A stretch of 64,000 bases of DNA. Source: Bugula neritina (taxonomy: Eukaryota; Animalia; Bryozoa). This document shows, one piece after another, positions 1 to 13,053 of this stretch. Position 1 is the first letter of the stretch. Each line of letters starts with the position of its first letter. The DNA lies in the NCBI GenBank assembly GCA_964035545.1, contig OZ037768.1:18273700-18337699 (forward strand), given 5' to 3'. Below the pieces are notes generated by a model, which saw only the letters and a list, made by a program, of their open reading frames with translations, had not been told where the DNA came from and made no database searches. The position numbers and the translations under genes are program-made.

Positions 1-18
1 TATTCTCTCCAGATGATC

Positions 19-20
19 AT

Positions 21-53
<33 letters not shown>

Positions 54-86
54 CGCACACAGCACACACAACACACACACAACACA

Positions 87-131
<45 letters not shown>

Positions 132-202
132 ACACACACACACACACCAAACATACACGCACATACAACACACATGCACACAGCACACACACCACACACA
201 TA
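19..202. repeat. Degenerate (CA)n/(TG)n microsatellite
   Basis: Visible acacac tract with interruptions; explains the His/Thr and Cys/Val ORFs at 13-222 and 17-199. Confidence 0.95.
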
Positions 203-368
203 CAGGAAAGCGGGTTTTTTAAGCTAAAGGTCTTGTTTCTTCTATTGTGGCACAGGAGCAATTATGACCGAATGCTCTTTCTAACATCAATGGCATTTAC
301 TGGAATTTGAACCCCTGACCTCATGTTTACTAAACCAGCGCTCTAACCCCTAGACCACGGCTACTCCT
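203..368 (-). mobile_element. tRNA-derived SINE family A, copy 1
   Basis: Reverse complement aligns by eye with 55361-55560 (head aggagtagccgtggtctaggggttagagcg, B-box-like ggttcaaattcc, body gatgttagaaagagcattcggtcataattgctcctgtgcc). Confidence 0.75.
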
Positions 369-844
369 GGTATATAATTCTTTAATCTTTCATTTTGTGC
401 CTTTAGTTTTGTCAATTTCAATAATAGTGTTTTAAATATATCTTAACTAGGAGTATTCTCCCAGTTTGAAAATAAAATGTGGATGCAGTTTTTAACCCCC
501 CCCCCTCCCCTTTAAGCTTATGCTATTTAGGTCTCAGGATATAAACAAAAGTGTGTCTATATTATAACATGCTGTAAGCACCAGGAAAATATTTACATAG
601 AGAAGTAGCCCTTGAAGTGATAGCTGCTACCTTACCACTTAATGGGCCATAGCAGCTCACTATTGGACCTTTTAGTACACAAGATAGGCTACTTAAACCA
701 ACAGCTAGATGTTTGTTTATTGTGATAGGTTCTGTTAACATTTGCCCAGAATTGTAATTGCTGCTTTTAATGAGTATTTTGATTAATTTGACATTTCTGT
801 TTCATCTAAATAGAAATAGTGATATTTTCAAGCTTTGTTTTCAG

Positions 845-3800
845 GTAACAGAAAAGGCTAAGAAGAATATAGTCGGTAAACTGCAGAAGTTTATGGACTG
901 TAGAAAGTAAGTCTAACTGTTAGTTACTCCCCACTAGTTTGGGTTAAACTGTGAGTCCAACTGTTAGTTACTCCCCACTAGTTTGAGTTAAACTGTAACT
1001 GTTAGTTATTCCTCACTAGTTTGGGTTAAACTGACAGTATTTTTTGTAAGATAACTTTAGGTTTAGAAATTTCACGGCAACCTCTTCGGTTTCTGAATTT
1101 AGGTAAAAAGAGCACAGGTAAATGGAAAAATAGGTAAAATCTCCACGCGGATGTTAAATTTCCCAAACCCAAGCTCTCAAACTCAAACCCCCTACCCCAA
1201 ACCCTAACCCTTACACTCAAATCCAAACCTGCCATCAAAAATTCCTAACCCCAAACTCGAACTTCCACCTCCAAACCTAAACCCCCATTCCAAACCCCCA
1301 TTCCAAACCCCCAAACTCGAGCCCCAATATTGAAAATGTGTCATTTTTGCCTACTTTTCCATTTGTGCCATGATTACCTGTTCCGTTTTTACTTGTGCCA
1401 TTTTTACCGAACATCGTGTTTTCCTGCAGCACTGCGATCCTAGTATTAAACTTGCATTCATTTAAAGTCAAAATTCTTGCCAACCTAGTTTTAGGGTTTC
1501 TCTTCTCAACTCCTACTGACAACGTAGTCGTGAGGGTTTTCTCTTACTGGGTAACTAGTCAATATTCCGAAGGTCCATTGTTCCGAAGGTCCATGGTTCC
1601 GAAGGTGCATTAGTCTAAAGGTGCATTAGTCCGAAAATTAGTATAGATAGTATTATATCACTGGGAATATTATAAATTTATTTTAGCTGTCACTGCCTTG
1701 CTGAGGCTGCATTACTAGTATATAAGAATTCAGTCTTGCCAAATAAAACCTCACCTAAACTAAAATTTAAAAACCATATTATAGATCTTGCTGTTGCTCA
1801 GAGCAACTTTTTTGAAATTTTCAATAACTAATTCTACTTCTAATGATAATTCTAATAATAATTCTACTAATTTTTGGACTAATGCACCTTCGGAGCAATG
1901 GACCTTCGGAGCAATGGACCTTCGGAGCAATGGATCTTCGGAATATTACTCCGTCCCCCTGACATCACCTATGAGGGCTCGACATTACTCCCACTATGTC
2001 ATCTTCAGCATCTCTAACCACTCTACCATTGCTATACTGTAATAACTCTTTGAACATATCTATGCAGGTTGTTTTGTTGACTCAATATTGACTTCTTTGT
2101 CTCTTGTCAACAACACACAGTAATTATGCTCAGATGGTTTTATAATTTAGATAAATAACATATAATTGTATCTAGAGCTGGTATTATTTTGTATCAGTAT
2201 TCTCAAGTGATAAATGCTTTTGGTGGTAGCACTGTTGTGTGAATTTTCTCAAGTTATTTTCACAAACTGTTACAACCCTTTTCAAACCATCAGGTGTATT
2301 TTCTGTCCTAGCATAAGGTTTGGTGTAGTTGACCAAGCATCTTCTTCTATGGGTGTGCCATGCAAACTGTCTATATAAAGAGTATATTTGGGGACAGTAT
2401 TGGAGAAATTGAGATAACCTAAGTTCTTTATTTTCTTATTAAATTTTGGTTTGGGGCACGGGTTGAAATTCTCACTGGAACATAACTTCTTTTGCTACAT
2501 TTCTGATCTAGAACACAGGCTTTCCTCAAATGCTCCATTATTGAACCTACCTCCTAAAAGTTGTTGTTTTGGCAAGAGTTTAATCAAATCTGTTTTTGTA
2601 ATTTTATTCTTAAGAAAATTACAAAAACTGATTGATTGGCAGTTCCAGTCTAATTAGTATCCTGAGTTTCAGCTGTCAATTAAATTTACTGACTATAACC
2701 TACAATATGGTTAAGTTTTCATATTTACAAATTATTATGTTTCTTACTTTATAGACTGGAGTTAGAGGTGAAGTTGGAGACCAAGCTGTTTGATGGAAAG
2801 TAGGTTGGCATTCATTTTTAGATTCTAAAACAATATACTTACTTCTGTGAATTTGTAGTAATCCAATTAAATATTTTATCTAATTTTCAGAATACATCTT
2901 TATAGCAAAAAACTTGGAAATATGAGATTTTTTTCTTTGTTATTTACCATCTTTCAAGTACATGTATGTTTGGTTATTATAAAAAGTGCATAATATTTAA
3001 AGTAGCTTTATGTTTTCAAATCATTTTATTTATAAAAATTAAAGCAATGGCATAGCTGCACATATCATATGCATCTTTTTACTGCATTTACATAAATGTA
3101 GCAGTTTTCTAACAGCTTTCTGGAGTTGTCCTTTCTCATCTAACTCTTCAGAAATCTGCAAGAAACCTCCAGAATGAGAGAACATCTGGCAGCAGTTGAA
3201 CTTTTTTTCTATTTGAGAATTAATTGACAATAATTTTGTGTAACAATACTATAATACAACATTTCTTTCAATATCACTGTGCAACAAACGTTAGTAGCCA
3301 TTTGTAGAGTCACCAAAACTTTGTTCCGTCATTGTTTTGTTCTAAGTACACAACACAAAAATATTGATAAATTTATTTTATTTTGTCTATAGGTTGGAGA
3401 GTGCAGTTGATGGAGAGACACCACACACTATCTTAGTTATGTCTGTTATTATAAATAACATTCCTAGTTGTACAATCAAAGGGAAATCCCTGGGAGCTGT
3501 AGCGTTCTCGGAGTCTTTTCTACTGTCTACTATTAAATATGGTGAGGAAATCCGCTATAAGAAGCAAGTTTTATCGCATCCATTTTTTTACATAATCAAA
3601 AATTATTAACAATTTTAAAATTAAATTCGAACTCATATCTTAATTTTTAAATTTTATTGAATAATTTACTTGCGAATCCCTTTACAATACTCTAATAGTT
3701 ATAAACTTCTTATGCTAGAATTTGATGAACTGTAATAGTTATAATTTATAATTATTTTTTATTTGATGAATACATTATGAAACTTATTATTAAAGATACC

Positions 3801-5463
3801 ATAACCTGCTCTTTTCTCTGGCATTGAATATTATGTTTGGTCCCACCAACTATATGATACCTTGTCTACTGTGTGTTCTTGTAAATATACTTCTTGCTGG
3901 TTTTTTATTCAGAAAAAGTAGCTGGCGGAGTTCCAGGCATTCATAGTGAAGTGTTCATTCTCACCCAGAATGTACCAAGATGGCACACTTGGAATGTAAG
4001 TCAACAATCTTACAGGTTTTGTCAACTATGCAAATGTATTTCTCATAGTGGGTATCAAATTAGACGAGGACAGCTCTGTTAAAACTTACGCAAGTTTATA
4101 GTCGCCATCCCTGATAGAAAGGGTTTTTTGTTAAATCGGTCTAAGGACTTATTCAAATGGACACAAGAGAGCAATTGTGACTGGATGCTCTTCCTAACAT
4201 AACTGATGACTTTTGTCGAGGCTTGAATCTATGACTTTGTGTTTACTAAGCAAATGCTCTAGCTCCTAGACCACGGCTTCTTCCTGGGGACAGCGCTGTT
4301 AGTTTACGCAAATTTATTCAATAATGCTGGAATTAATGGATATTACAAAAAGCCTTTGTAACAGTTGTAAATTTATTTAGAAATGCCCTGATTACCAACA
4401 ACTTGATTAAAATTATTTAGGCATAGCATGAAGTCTAGTTTCTGTCAGCGATCCTTAATTCTATAGATTGAGTGTTTAAAAAGGTAAAAACAGTTATAAG
4501 TTAGGAAAAAGTACTCAAATTTTATGCTGGTCTATTTATTATTCTCTATAAGTGGTGGGAATTTTTTAAATATTAGTTTGTATTAGTTTTACTCTTTTTT
4601 TGTAAAATAAGTCTCATGTCAATATAGATATCTTCAGAGTTTGAGGAGTTGTCTTCTACACTAGAACAGTTCATTGATTATAAAAGTCAAGACAATCTTA
4701 GCGATTCCATTGGAGAATTGCTTGTTGATGGTCAGCCTATTGACATCATATCTCCCTATGATTGGATGCAGCCTATCCCATGTAAGGTGGTGCTGTGTGC
4801 CAACTACATTGTAATAACTTGCTTTTACAATAAAAAGAAAGCTTAAAATTAAGTAGTAGTGTAACTAGTATGAAAGGTTAATGTATTTTAGTCTGTTTGT
4901 ACCTGAAATCGGATTAATAAACAGAATATTTAAACTTTTAAATACAGGCAGCAGAGCACAAAGACATCTTTTTTCTTAGCAATTCTAACATAAACTTCAA
5001 ACAATGTGGTCAGCTTTTTATTTTTAATAACATAATTAATGTATGTAATAGTAACGTTATGTAATTTAATGTTTAGCAAGCTTTACTATTTCAATAGCAT
5101 AATGCCCAACAAAGCATTAGAGTAACTCAACAATTGAAATATTTAAATACTTCGTGTGCTTATTTAATAAAATGATAGAATAAAGATATGCTGTGATATT
5201 TCTGCAGGCAGGTTATTTCTCTACTCTGAAGCTGTCATACTTGCCAATGATTCCTTTGGGACAATTACACTTGCTAAAGAGAGTTTGAAATCTGCTCATT
5301 TTTACGATGGTGTAAGTGCTTTGATTTATTTTCTTGAAATATTTTAGTTCATGTTGACATTATTATACTTTATAATAAAACAACTGGTAGGAGATTTTTA
5401 GCTGCTGAAAAATTAAGTGGCTGTAGTGTGAACTACACAACTTGTAAATTCTAACATATGATA

Positions 5464-5558
<95 letters not shown>

Positions 5559-8500
5559 TATATTCTGTCTATATGTTAGGGTGGGAGGAGTGTGCCAGCC
5601 TTTGTTACTTTTTACACATCTTTGGACCTTCAAACCAAACTGCCCACCCAGCTTCAGAATACCTCCAGGGTGGTGGTTATTTCTATTAGCCCTAGATCCA
5701 AAGCGTACAAGCAGTTTTTTGAGCAGGTAGGCTATCTATTATATTAACTATACATGCGTTCGTATTTAAGTTGCAACCACGGTTCTTGTTACTTGATAAT
5801 TATGCTAAAATTGCATATGTAGCAAAGAAATGGTAAAAATTGAATTTCTTGTCAATATATGTATAATCTAGAGGGATATTTTCCTATGCAATTGTGTATA
5901 TGCAACGATTATATTTGTCATGTAGCTACATGGTGTTAACTTTTGTAACAAGTTGGAATTGACTATTCGACTACAAGGCAGTTTATCTTTTCAGTTTCAT
6001 AACAGACTGAATGTTAGTGTCTAACGAAACCACTGGTGATCTTAGCTTTAGTGCCAGCTATAGTCTAGGCTCTACAAGTAGTGAGCTAGATACATGATTA
6101 GATGTTTAACTAAGGCGATTTTTAAAAGTATTTTAAAGTATAAAAATATTTTATCAGACCTTGAAAATTGTTTATTTAATTTAATATTAAACTTACAATG
6201 AATTCCACAATCTATGTAGCAGCCATATCTGGCTCTAGTCATTAGTCAGTTTGATATAATTAAACTCAAAACCTTTATTAAATACTTATTGCTAAACATT
6301 TTCAAATAAGCTTTTGCTTTCGTTATTTTTTATGCCACTTAGCTATATCTGTAGGTGTTTGAAGCATGGAAAAGACAAGAAGGCGGTGATTTTGCACTTT
6401 CTATGGAAGAAACTCTGCCAGAGAGCTTGAAGGCCATGTGGGTTGGGATTATCTCCTCTTGGCTATTAGCATAATATATAATTAAGTTTAATGATGCATG
6501 TGTTCTCATCTGTAATTTATATAAACATATATTCTGTGTTTATCCCGATTTAGTTATGAGAAAGTAGCAGCTGGTTTCAAGTTAAAACTATCAAGACCTT
6601 TATCTAAAGTATCATACCATGGTACCAGCCATCCGGAGGGACAACTCCTAAACCATGCGAGGTCAGTCTTTCTCATCTATTCATTATACAAACCTAGATA
6701 TTTATTAATGTTTTATTTGAAACATTAGAATACAGCTATTAACTATTCTGTACAAATATTACTTTTAAATGTGTTTTACGGTTAATTGTTCTATTGTTGC
6801 CTTTAAAATGGTTTCTAAAACAATTTAAAGGTTTTTTCATTGTTTACCTTGAAATCTCAAGAATATTATTGAAAATATTTTTAATTTCTTTACATATCAT
6901 AATAATAATATTATATATATATATATAAATATATATATATATATTTATAATAAATCTATAAAATTACGCACACACACATAATAATAAATGCTGTCATATG
7001 TTAATCGATAGGTTCCTAGCTCATCTATCTGCAAGCTTCAACATAACGCCTGGACAGTCAGTGAAAGAGGATGAAATTCCAATGCTGCTAGGAATTCAGG
7101 AGCCTGTAGAGAATATAATGGCTGCTGATGAAACTCTGGCAGCGGGAGAAATGTCGACAGCTAATGACGTGCTGCTAACTATTAGTATCATATCTGGGGT
7201 TCCTGGCAGCTACAAGGAGAATGTAGCAAACTTCATCACTAAACTCACTCAAGAGCGCAGCAGGTAAAACTAGTTGATATTAGCAAATGAGTCACATGTA
7301 AGTGTTATTGTGAGGCTAAAATATTTCAAATTTATTGCTGCCAGAATCTTTTTTTGTGGCTCTATAAGTTATACACTTAAAAATATAAACAACCGATTAG
7401 TAATTTTTTACTTTTTTATTTTTAAAAATTATTTGAAAACTGGGTGTTAGTGTAGAATTCTGGTCCTAGTCTTGACAAGTTGCCATTAATCTGTCTAATG
7501 TTTTATTTGTTTCAAGTTTTATATTTTTACAGCATTGGAAAAGGGTAAGACAGCTTGGTTTCACCTACACCTTTATGATATAGTAGTTACATCTGCATTA
7601 CTTTCTCAATAAGTTTATTTATTTAAAGATTTGTGAGTTTCATCAAATTTGAGTGTTTAAAGATATGATTATTGTCCTAGCTGGTTACTTTATTCGATTC
7701 AAACTTTATTATTTTATTATTTTATTTAGAATATATTTATTTTGTAAAGCCTTTTCCCAGACACACTCTTGGTTACTTCTACTATATTTTATAGTATTAC
7801 AATAATATTTTATTATTTATTTCAGTCAAAATATAAAGGGAAGCTTTCAGTTTGGCAATCTTTATCTGTTTTGAGATATATGACTAAGAATGCTTAAACA
7901 ATCAAATACATATGCATTGGCTATTTTATATGCACATTGTGGTCATTTGTGTTTTTCTTAGTACTAATTTCCTTTTTGTTACGTTTGTTTAAGAACAGAT
8001 GAGTTGCATCTTTGCGGGTTACTCTTTCTGGCTTGGTTCATTACCTCTACTCAATTTATCATTTATTTACTGTGTTAGATAAATATTCGATTTATTATTT
8101 ATATTATGTTATATTAAGTGGGCATTTTATTTCTATTCAAACTGATTGGATATAAATGAGTGGCTAAAGATTGTACAAGTTATAAAATGTGCGCTCTAGA
8201 TTCTAGTTAAAACCTGGTTCAATTTACGTCATCTTTTATCCAACAAGGTTAAGAATTCAACGTTTTTAGTTTTATTTAGTTTAAATCAATATTATTCCTT
8301 ATAGCATATCTGAATGAATACTGGATAACTATTAAATTTTATGGATTATTATTAGTTTTAGTATTGCATACTTTGGTAACCTGAATTATTCATGTTAATG
8401 GAAGTTTTATTTTACATCAATATTTTACAAATATGTATTTTCTTGGTTGGTGACAGCTTTTTTAATTCTGATACGTTTTCTAGGTGGGTGATTCACAAAC

Positions 8501-11500
8501 AGACACCAGAGACCAGCCATTACTTTGACGAAAGCAAATTAGAGAGCTCTCTCAGCTATGTATACAACGTTCTTAAGAAGAAAGCCAATGCAGCCACCAA
8601 GTCTTCTCGGATGTTGATAATAACTCCGGGGTAGGTGCTGAGAGTAAAAGATGTGTCTCGTATGTAGATCTGTTGTAGTGTGACTCTGTAAAACACTGTC
8701 ATGTTGTAGTTCTTTTCAGACTAGCTTCAGTGCGGTTGTTCTGTAGCCTTTATACTTCTCTTCGTGATATTTGGCGATACAATGCTCCCTCCATATGTCA
8801 CGGATCCATTTATCACCAAATTCCATAAGTCGCTTGAAGGGCTTGGACCCTTGTTTTGTGGCTTATGTATGTATGTATAGGGGCAAAATGGCCGAATTCA
8901 ACGGATCGGTGAGTTAAATTCGGTATTCTGCTATGTCACGAGGTTTCTGGACCGCTGGCCGCTTAGTGAGATACGGAGGGAGCACTGTATGTTCTGTTCT
9001 TTGTTTGTATTGAAATGGAATAAGTTAACCTGTGTGAGAGCCTTCTAGCATTTTGAATAACAACTGTAACAATATTCATGCAGTCATAAATTAACAGATA
9101 CATCAAATTTTAAAATCTTCTTAAACTGGTTTACTTGTGGATGCAATTGTTGCACTCATTGCATCATAATTCCTGATTTTAACAGAATGAAATAACTGGA
9201 CTCACTAAATTTGTTTCTGATGCAGGTTTACAGATCTTCAGACTGTAGTTAATGCTATTAAAAGTCACCCAAACAAAGAGCTACTTCGACATATTAAGAT
9301 TGGAGCTGTAACTACGTGTGTTGAGTCATCAGCCAGCTTCCTGTCCGACTACACTACTGTGCCGGGAGTCATCAACCAGTGTGCCCAGGGATGGGTGAAT
9401 AATATCGTGTTCACCAACGTCTCGGAGGCCACTGTATGTTTTAAACCTGATTACAGTTAAGACTATAACATTATTATATTCTAGTTGTGGTGTTGTGCAC
9501 TACCATCTCTATGAGTAACTAATAAATAGTCTAGCTGTGCTATTTACAAGTCTCTTGCTATTATTGCTTTTATATTGTTAGAATGCTTGAATATGTTGAA
9601 TCAATTTATAGATTAAAGGTTTTTCATTACAAAAAAGGTAAAGTTGTCATTTGAATGCGTTGTGTAAAATTGTACATTATAGTTTCTTGACATAATTTGT
9701 ATTTGTGTATTGTAGAATATACTCATACAGAGTGTAAAACATTATGTTGATTAGAATCAGTGAAGTTCAAGGTTTCCATTGATTCTCTCGAAATGATAAT
9801 AATTTTGTTGTTTATACTTTGTATTGTTGTTCCAGAAACATGAATTCTCTCCAATACAAACCCTTATACGAGCCGTGAACCCCTCGGTTAGTTTCATACT
9901 AGCCAACAAAGGTGAGCTCACCAGATCTCAGGATATTGAACTCATCTTATCAGACTCGGCATTTGAACAGCAGAGTCTAAGGAGGTCGAGATTCCTTCGA
10001 CTATGGTGTGTTAATTAGAATTATTCTTTCCTTTCAACTAGCTATACTTTGAATTATTACTTACTTTTAACAATCTTTAAAAGATTGCAGGTCATAAAAT
10101 GTAGTACCTATGAAAAGCTGCTCGATCTAATTTTGGATTCTTCTGGTATTTTGTTTTTGAAATAAAAGTATATTTTTGTAAGTAATGTTTTAGCTGCACT
10201 AATCGAACAACATGGCATAACTTTACAAATTTCTTAGTAGCTGCAGCTTCAATGTCTGCCTAGAAAACGGATGGTCTGGGGGAAGTGTCTGTATATATAA
10301 ATCCTACTATAGTTGAGTTGAGGAGTTTTATTAGCAAAGAAAAGAGGGGCTGATCAATATTCTGAAACATTCCATATCAATTTGGTTTAACTGATATATA
10401 AGAAGATTGCAATACTTTGTTTTAGGTACATGCAGAACAATCTTTTTTAATAAAATCAAAGTTACAGGAAGTGATTTTGTGACTAAAAGAATCACTTACC
10501 CACCAAGTGAAGCTGCTGCAAACTTCAAGCCAGTTATTAAATTCCTGACCAGCTCATAAAAGTGGTATTTTCTTGAACAATGTTTTGTTTTCTGTAGGGA
10601 GCCTAAACCCTCCTGTGAGTCATACGGTATGAATACGGTGATTCTCAAATTCAAGCAGCCTTTAGTAAAACAGGTTTTGATGTCTCAACTGAAAGGTGCA
10701 TACTATATTATTCAATATTTTCTCGAGTCATTAGAGCTCAAATTTAGAAAAAAAAAGATGTTAGTGTAATATTTAAGCTTCTCATACACAGATACTAAAT
10801 ATAGTTTTATGATGTGACAAGGCTTCGGAACATTAAAAATACTAAATCCATTACAGTTAATTGGCTTTATAGGATATATTTCAGTTATACATGCAGTGCT
10901 GAAAGTGAAAAAAGCTACTTGTTTTTTAACTACAAATATCTTTAAATTTTTAGAGTTACACAAATTGATTTCGGAATCTAGTGCGATTGTCACGACAGAT
11001 ATGAAGAGTTGTGTTTTATATGCAAGTGGAAGGACAGGGCTTGTAGGTATGATAGAAATAAATTCTTCTTATACTGGTAAAATATGTATGATAAAGAAGT
11101 GTCATTCAATATTCTTTTACTTCTAAGTTTTCTGTTATAAATTTCTAGATTCAAAACATATTTCAAGTTGTTAAAACACCTCTAAACCTGTGTATAACAG
11201 TAACGATGTCAAGGCCACTGGTGTATTGTTCTGACCAGGTTCCAGCGAGCTTGTTGAGATAACCTACTCCGTGGTTAGTGATACTGTGAAGATAACTCCC
11301 ATTCAGTTGACTGACAAAGAGCTCTCACAATATATGTCATTTGTCGGTTTCCATCTAAACGAAGAGGTTTTGAAGGCAATGTTACGGAGTTGTGTGCCTC
11401 CTGTAAGAGATATTTCAATATTGCCTAATAATATTCGTAAACTCTTTGTCACAGCTATTTATTGCAACATTTGTTATTTAAAGTTTGTAAACAACATTTT

Positions 11501-13053
11501 GTTTGTCTGTTTACTTTGTGTATAACGCAATGATTGACAAATTATATTTAATGCATAGCATAGCATAGTAGAAGTCATAACATTGGTCATTTTTATGTTT
11601 AAGTCATAGTTTTAGTTTAAACATAGTCCTAGTATGGCCATAGTTTTAGTATAACAGCCATAGTCTGAAACACTGAGTGATTTTATCAGCATTATGACAT
11701 CATGAAGAAGTGAAACACTGGCAATACGTTGAGTTAGCTATTGTTGATCGTAAAATATCTGAATTGTTGTGTTTTTGCAGCAACCAAAGAAGAAGGAGCT
11801 GTTAACAGTTAAAACTCTGGATAGAATAACTAAGAAGAAAATACATGTAAGTTTTTCACAGATGAATTATTTTTAAACAGAATTTCATACAAAGCAATTA
11901 CTTGAAAATTTTACTTCTAGTGAGGTTATCCTAATTTTGACTAACTTTAATTCTAAAATTGTAATTTGTAACTATCAAATATAAGAAATCAGGTTTATTT
12001 GCTTTGTAGTTTAACATGGAAGCTGTAAAATTAACTCTGTATTCTTCAGTTTACATTTTAACTTAGAGAGCCAATATTTAAACAAACAAATTGCCCAATG
12101 CATGCCAAACAGATTTATTAAATCTTGCAGTTTATTGCTGCGTCTCCCATCTATTAAATTGTCTTTGTAGTTGAGCACTATACTAAATCAACTCTATCAT
12201 ATGTCTTACAATTATGGTGATAAATCATAACACAATTTTTTACAATTTAGTTACTTTTAACATTAAATGTAATATTTCTTTAACAACAGGACTTGAAACC
12301 CAACTTTTATAAAAAACATAACATCTTTACAACATTTAGTGAAAATTCTATTTAGCTGAAATATGACTGCTCTAATAGGCATTATAATGCCATTATTATT
12401 TCACAATAGAACTATAGCTTCAGGGATTAATTAATATGCTTTTTTTACTTTATTTCATATTCACTGTCTTTCCATGGATCGATCTCAGATTGATCTTAGC
12501 CAGGTCGATCTGAGAAATGTGCTATACATTGAACACATGGTTATTGCTTACTTATAAGCTTGTATATTTATTGACAATTAATTCTTTTCGTTATTACAAA
12601 TTCAGTCTTTGTTCAGCTGCTAAGTTGGTGCAGTAACTGGAAACAGGTGAGTTGTGTAGTTGTAAAACTGATGAAAAAATAATTTTAAAAACACCTTTGA
12701 ATTCTGACAAATTTCAAAAGTTGATTAGTCAGTACCACTTATTATAGCATACAGTAAAATAAGCAGAAATTTACATCCTGTTAATAAAATATTCTAAAAT
12801 AATATTTGTGTGATGAGGTATGTTAACTGTATTGTATATTACTATCTATTGTCAGGATAAGAGACATTTAGAACCATTACCCTCCGGTTGGTTCTATAAC
12901 GGTAGTCAGTATGTGGATATGACTGGGGAACGTGCAGACAGACATCCTGAGTTTGATAGATTTCTCCAGGAGTATGTTGACCAGCACAATGCAGAGGTGG
13001 AGGAACACAACTCCCAGCTAGACAAACTGAGTTTTCCAGATCTGTTTGAATGA
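845..13053 (+). CDS. DNAAF9: Dynein axonemal assembly factor 9 (C20orf194 homolog), 5' part outside window
   Basis: Frame-consistent GT-AG exons: 845-906, 2755-2799, 3393-3541, 3913-3995, 4628-4781, 5208-5311, 5580-5726, 6355-6437, 6554-6661, 7012-7263, 8484-8630, 9226-9433, 9836-10005, 10598-10695, 10954-11046, 11239-11402, 11781-11846, 12856-13053. Recognised motifs: LGAVAFSESFL, IKIGAVTTCVE, NQCAQGWVNNIVFT and C-terminus KRHLEPLPSGWFYNGSQYV...HPEFDRFLQEYV...DLFE, resembling human KRHLEPLPAGYFYNGTQFV...DLFE. Confidence 0.9.
907..1034 (+). repeat. Tandem repeat, ~44-bp unit x ~3
   Basis: Core aactgttagttactccccactagtttgggttaaactg recurs three times; unit 1 starts at the splice donor gtaagt (907), unit 2 starts gtgagt (951). 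Confidence 0.9.
1085..1415. mobile_element. MITE-like inverted-repeat element with telomere-like (CCCTAA/CCCAAA) interior
   Basis: Left arm ggtaaaaagagcacaggtaaatggaaaaataggtaaaat is inversely similar to right arm atttttgcctacttttccatttgtgcc...cttgtgccatttttacc; interior is degenerate ccctaa/cccaaa hexamers. No TSD identified. Confidence 0.55.
1549..1959. mobile_element. Foldback-like MITE with internally repetitive TIRs
   Basis: Left arm (1561-1645): aatattccgaagg plus 16-bp units ttccgaaggtccattg and aaggtgcattagtc; right arm (1864-1947) is the reverse complement (ggactaatgcacc, ttcggagcaatggacc x3, cggaatatt). Confidence 0.85.
2395..2578 (+). repeat. Dispersed repeat family C, copy 1
   Basis: acataacttcttttgctacatttctgatctagaacacaggcttt and cagtattggagaaattgagata match the reverse complement of 40457-40622. 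Confidence 0.75.
4097..4285 (-). mobile_element. tRNA-derived SINE family A, copy 2
   Basis: tagtcgccatccctg...gcaattgtgactggatgctcttcctaacat...cctagaccacggcttcttcct is the reverse complement of the family at 55361-55560. Confidence 0.8.
5457..5562. repeat. (TA)n microsatellite
   Basis: Near-perfect TA run ending about 20 nt upstream of the DNAAF9 acceptor at 5579. Confidence 0.97.
8780..8987. mobile_element. Tc1/mariner-superfamily MITE (208 bp) with TA target-site duplication
   Basis: TIR caatgctccctccatatgtcac vs reverse complement of the right end cagtgctccctccgtatctcac (19/22); TA flanks both ends (8778-8779, 8988-8989). Confidence 0.85.

Noticed and set aside
13-222. His/Thr-rich and Cys/Val-rich ORFs
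   Set aside because: Translations of the CA microsatellite.
907-1034. CRISPR-like direct repeats
   Set aside because: No unique spacers, no cas genes, eukaryotic intron; simple tandem repeat.
11150-11221. Possible extra DNAAF9 exon
   Set aside because: Stop codon in the required phase; flanking exons join in frame without it.
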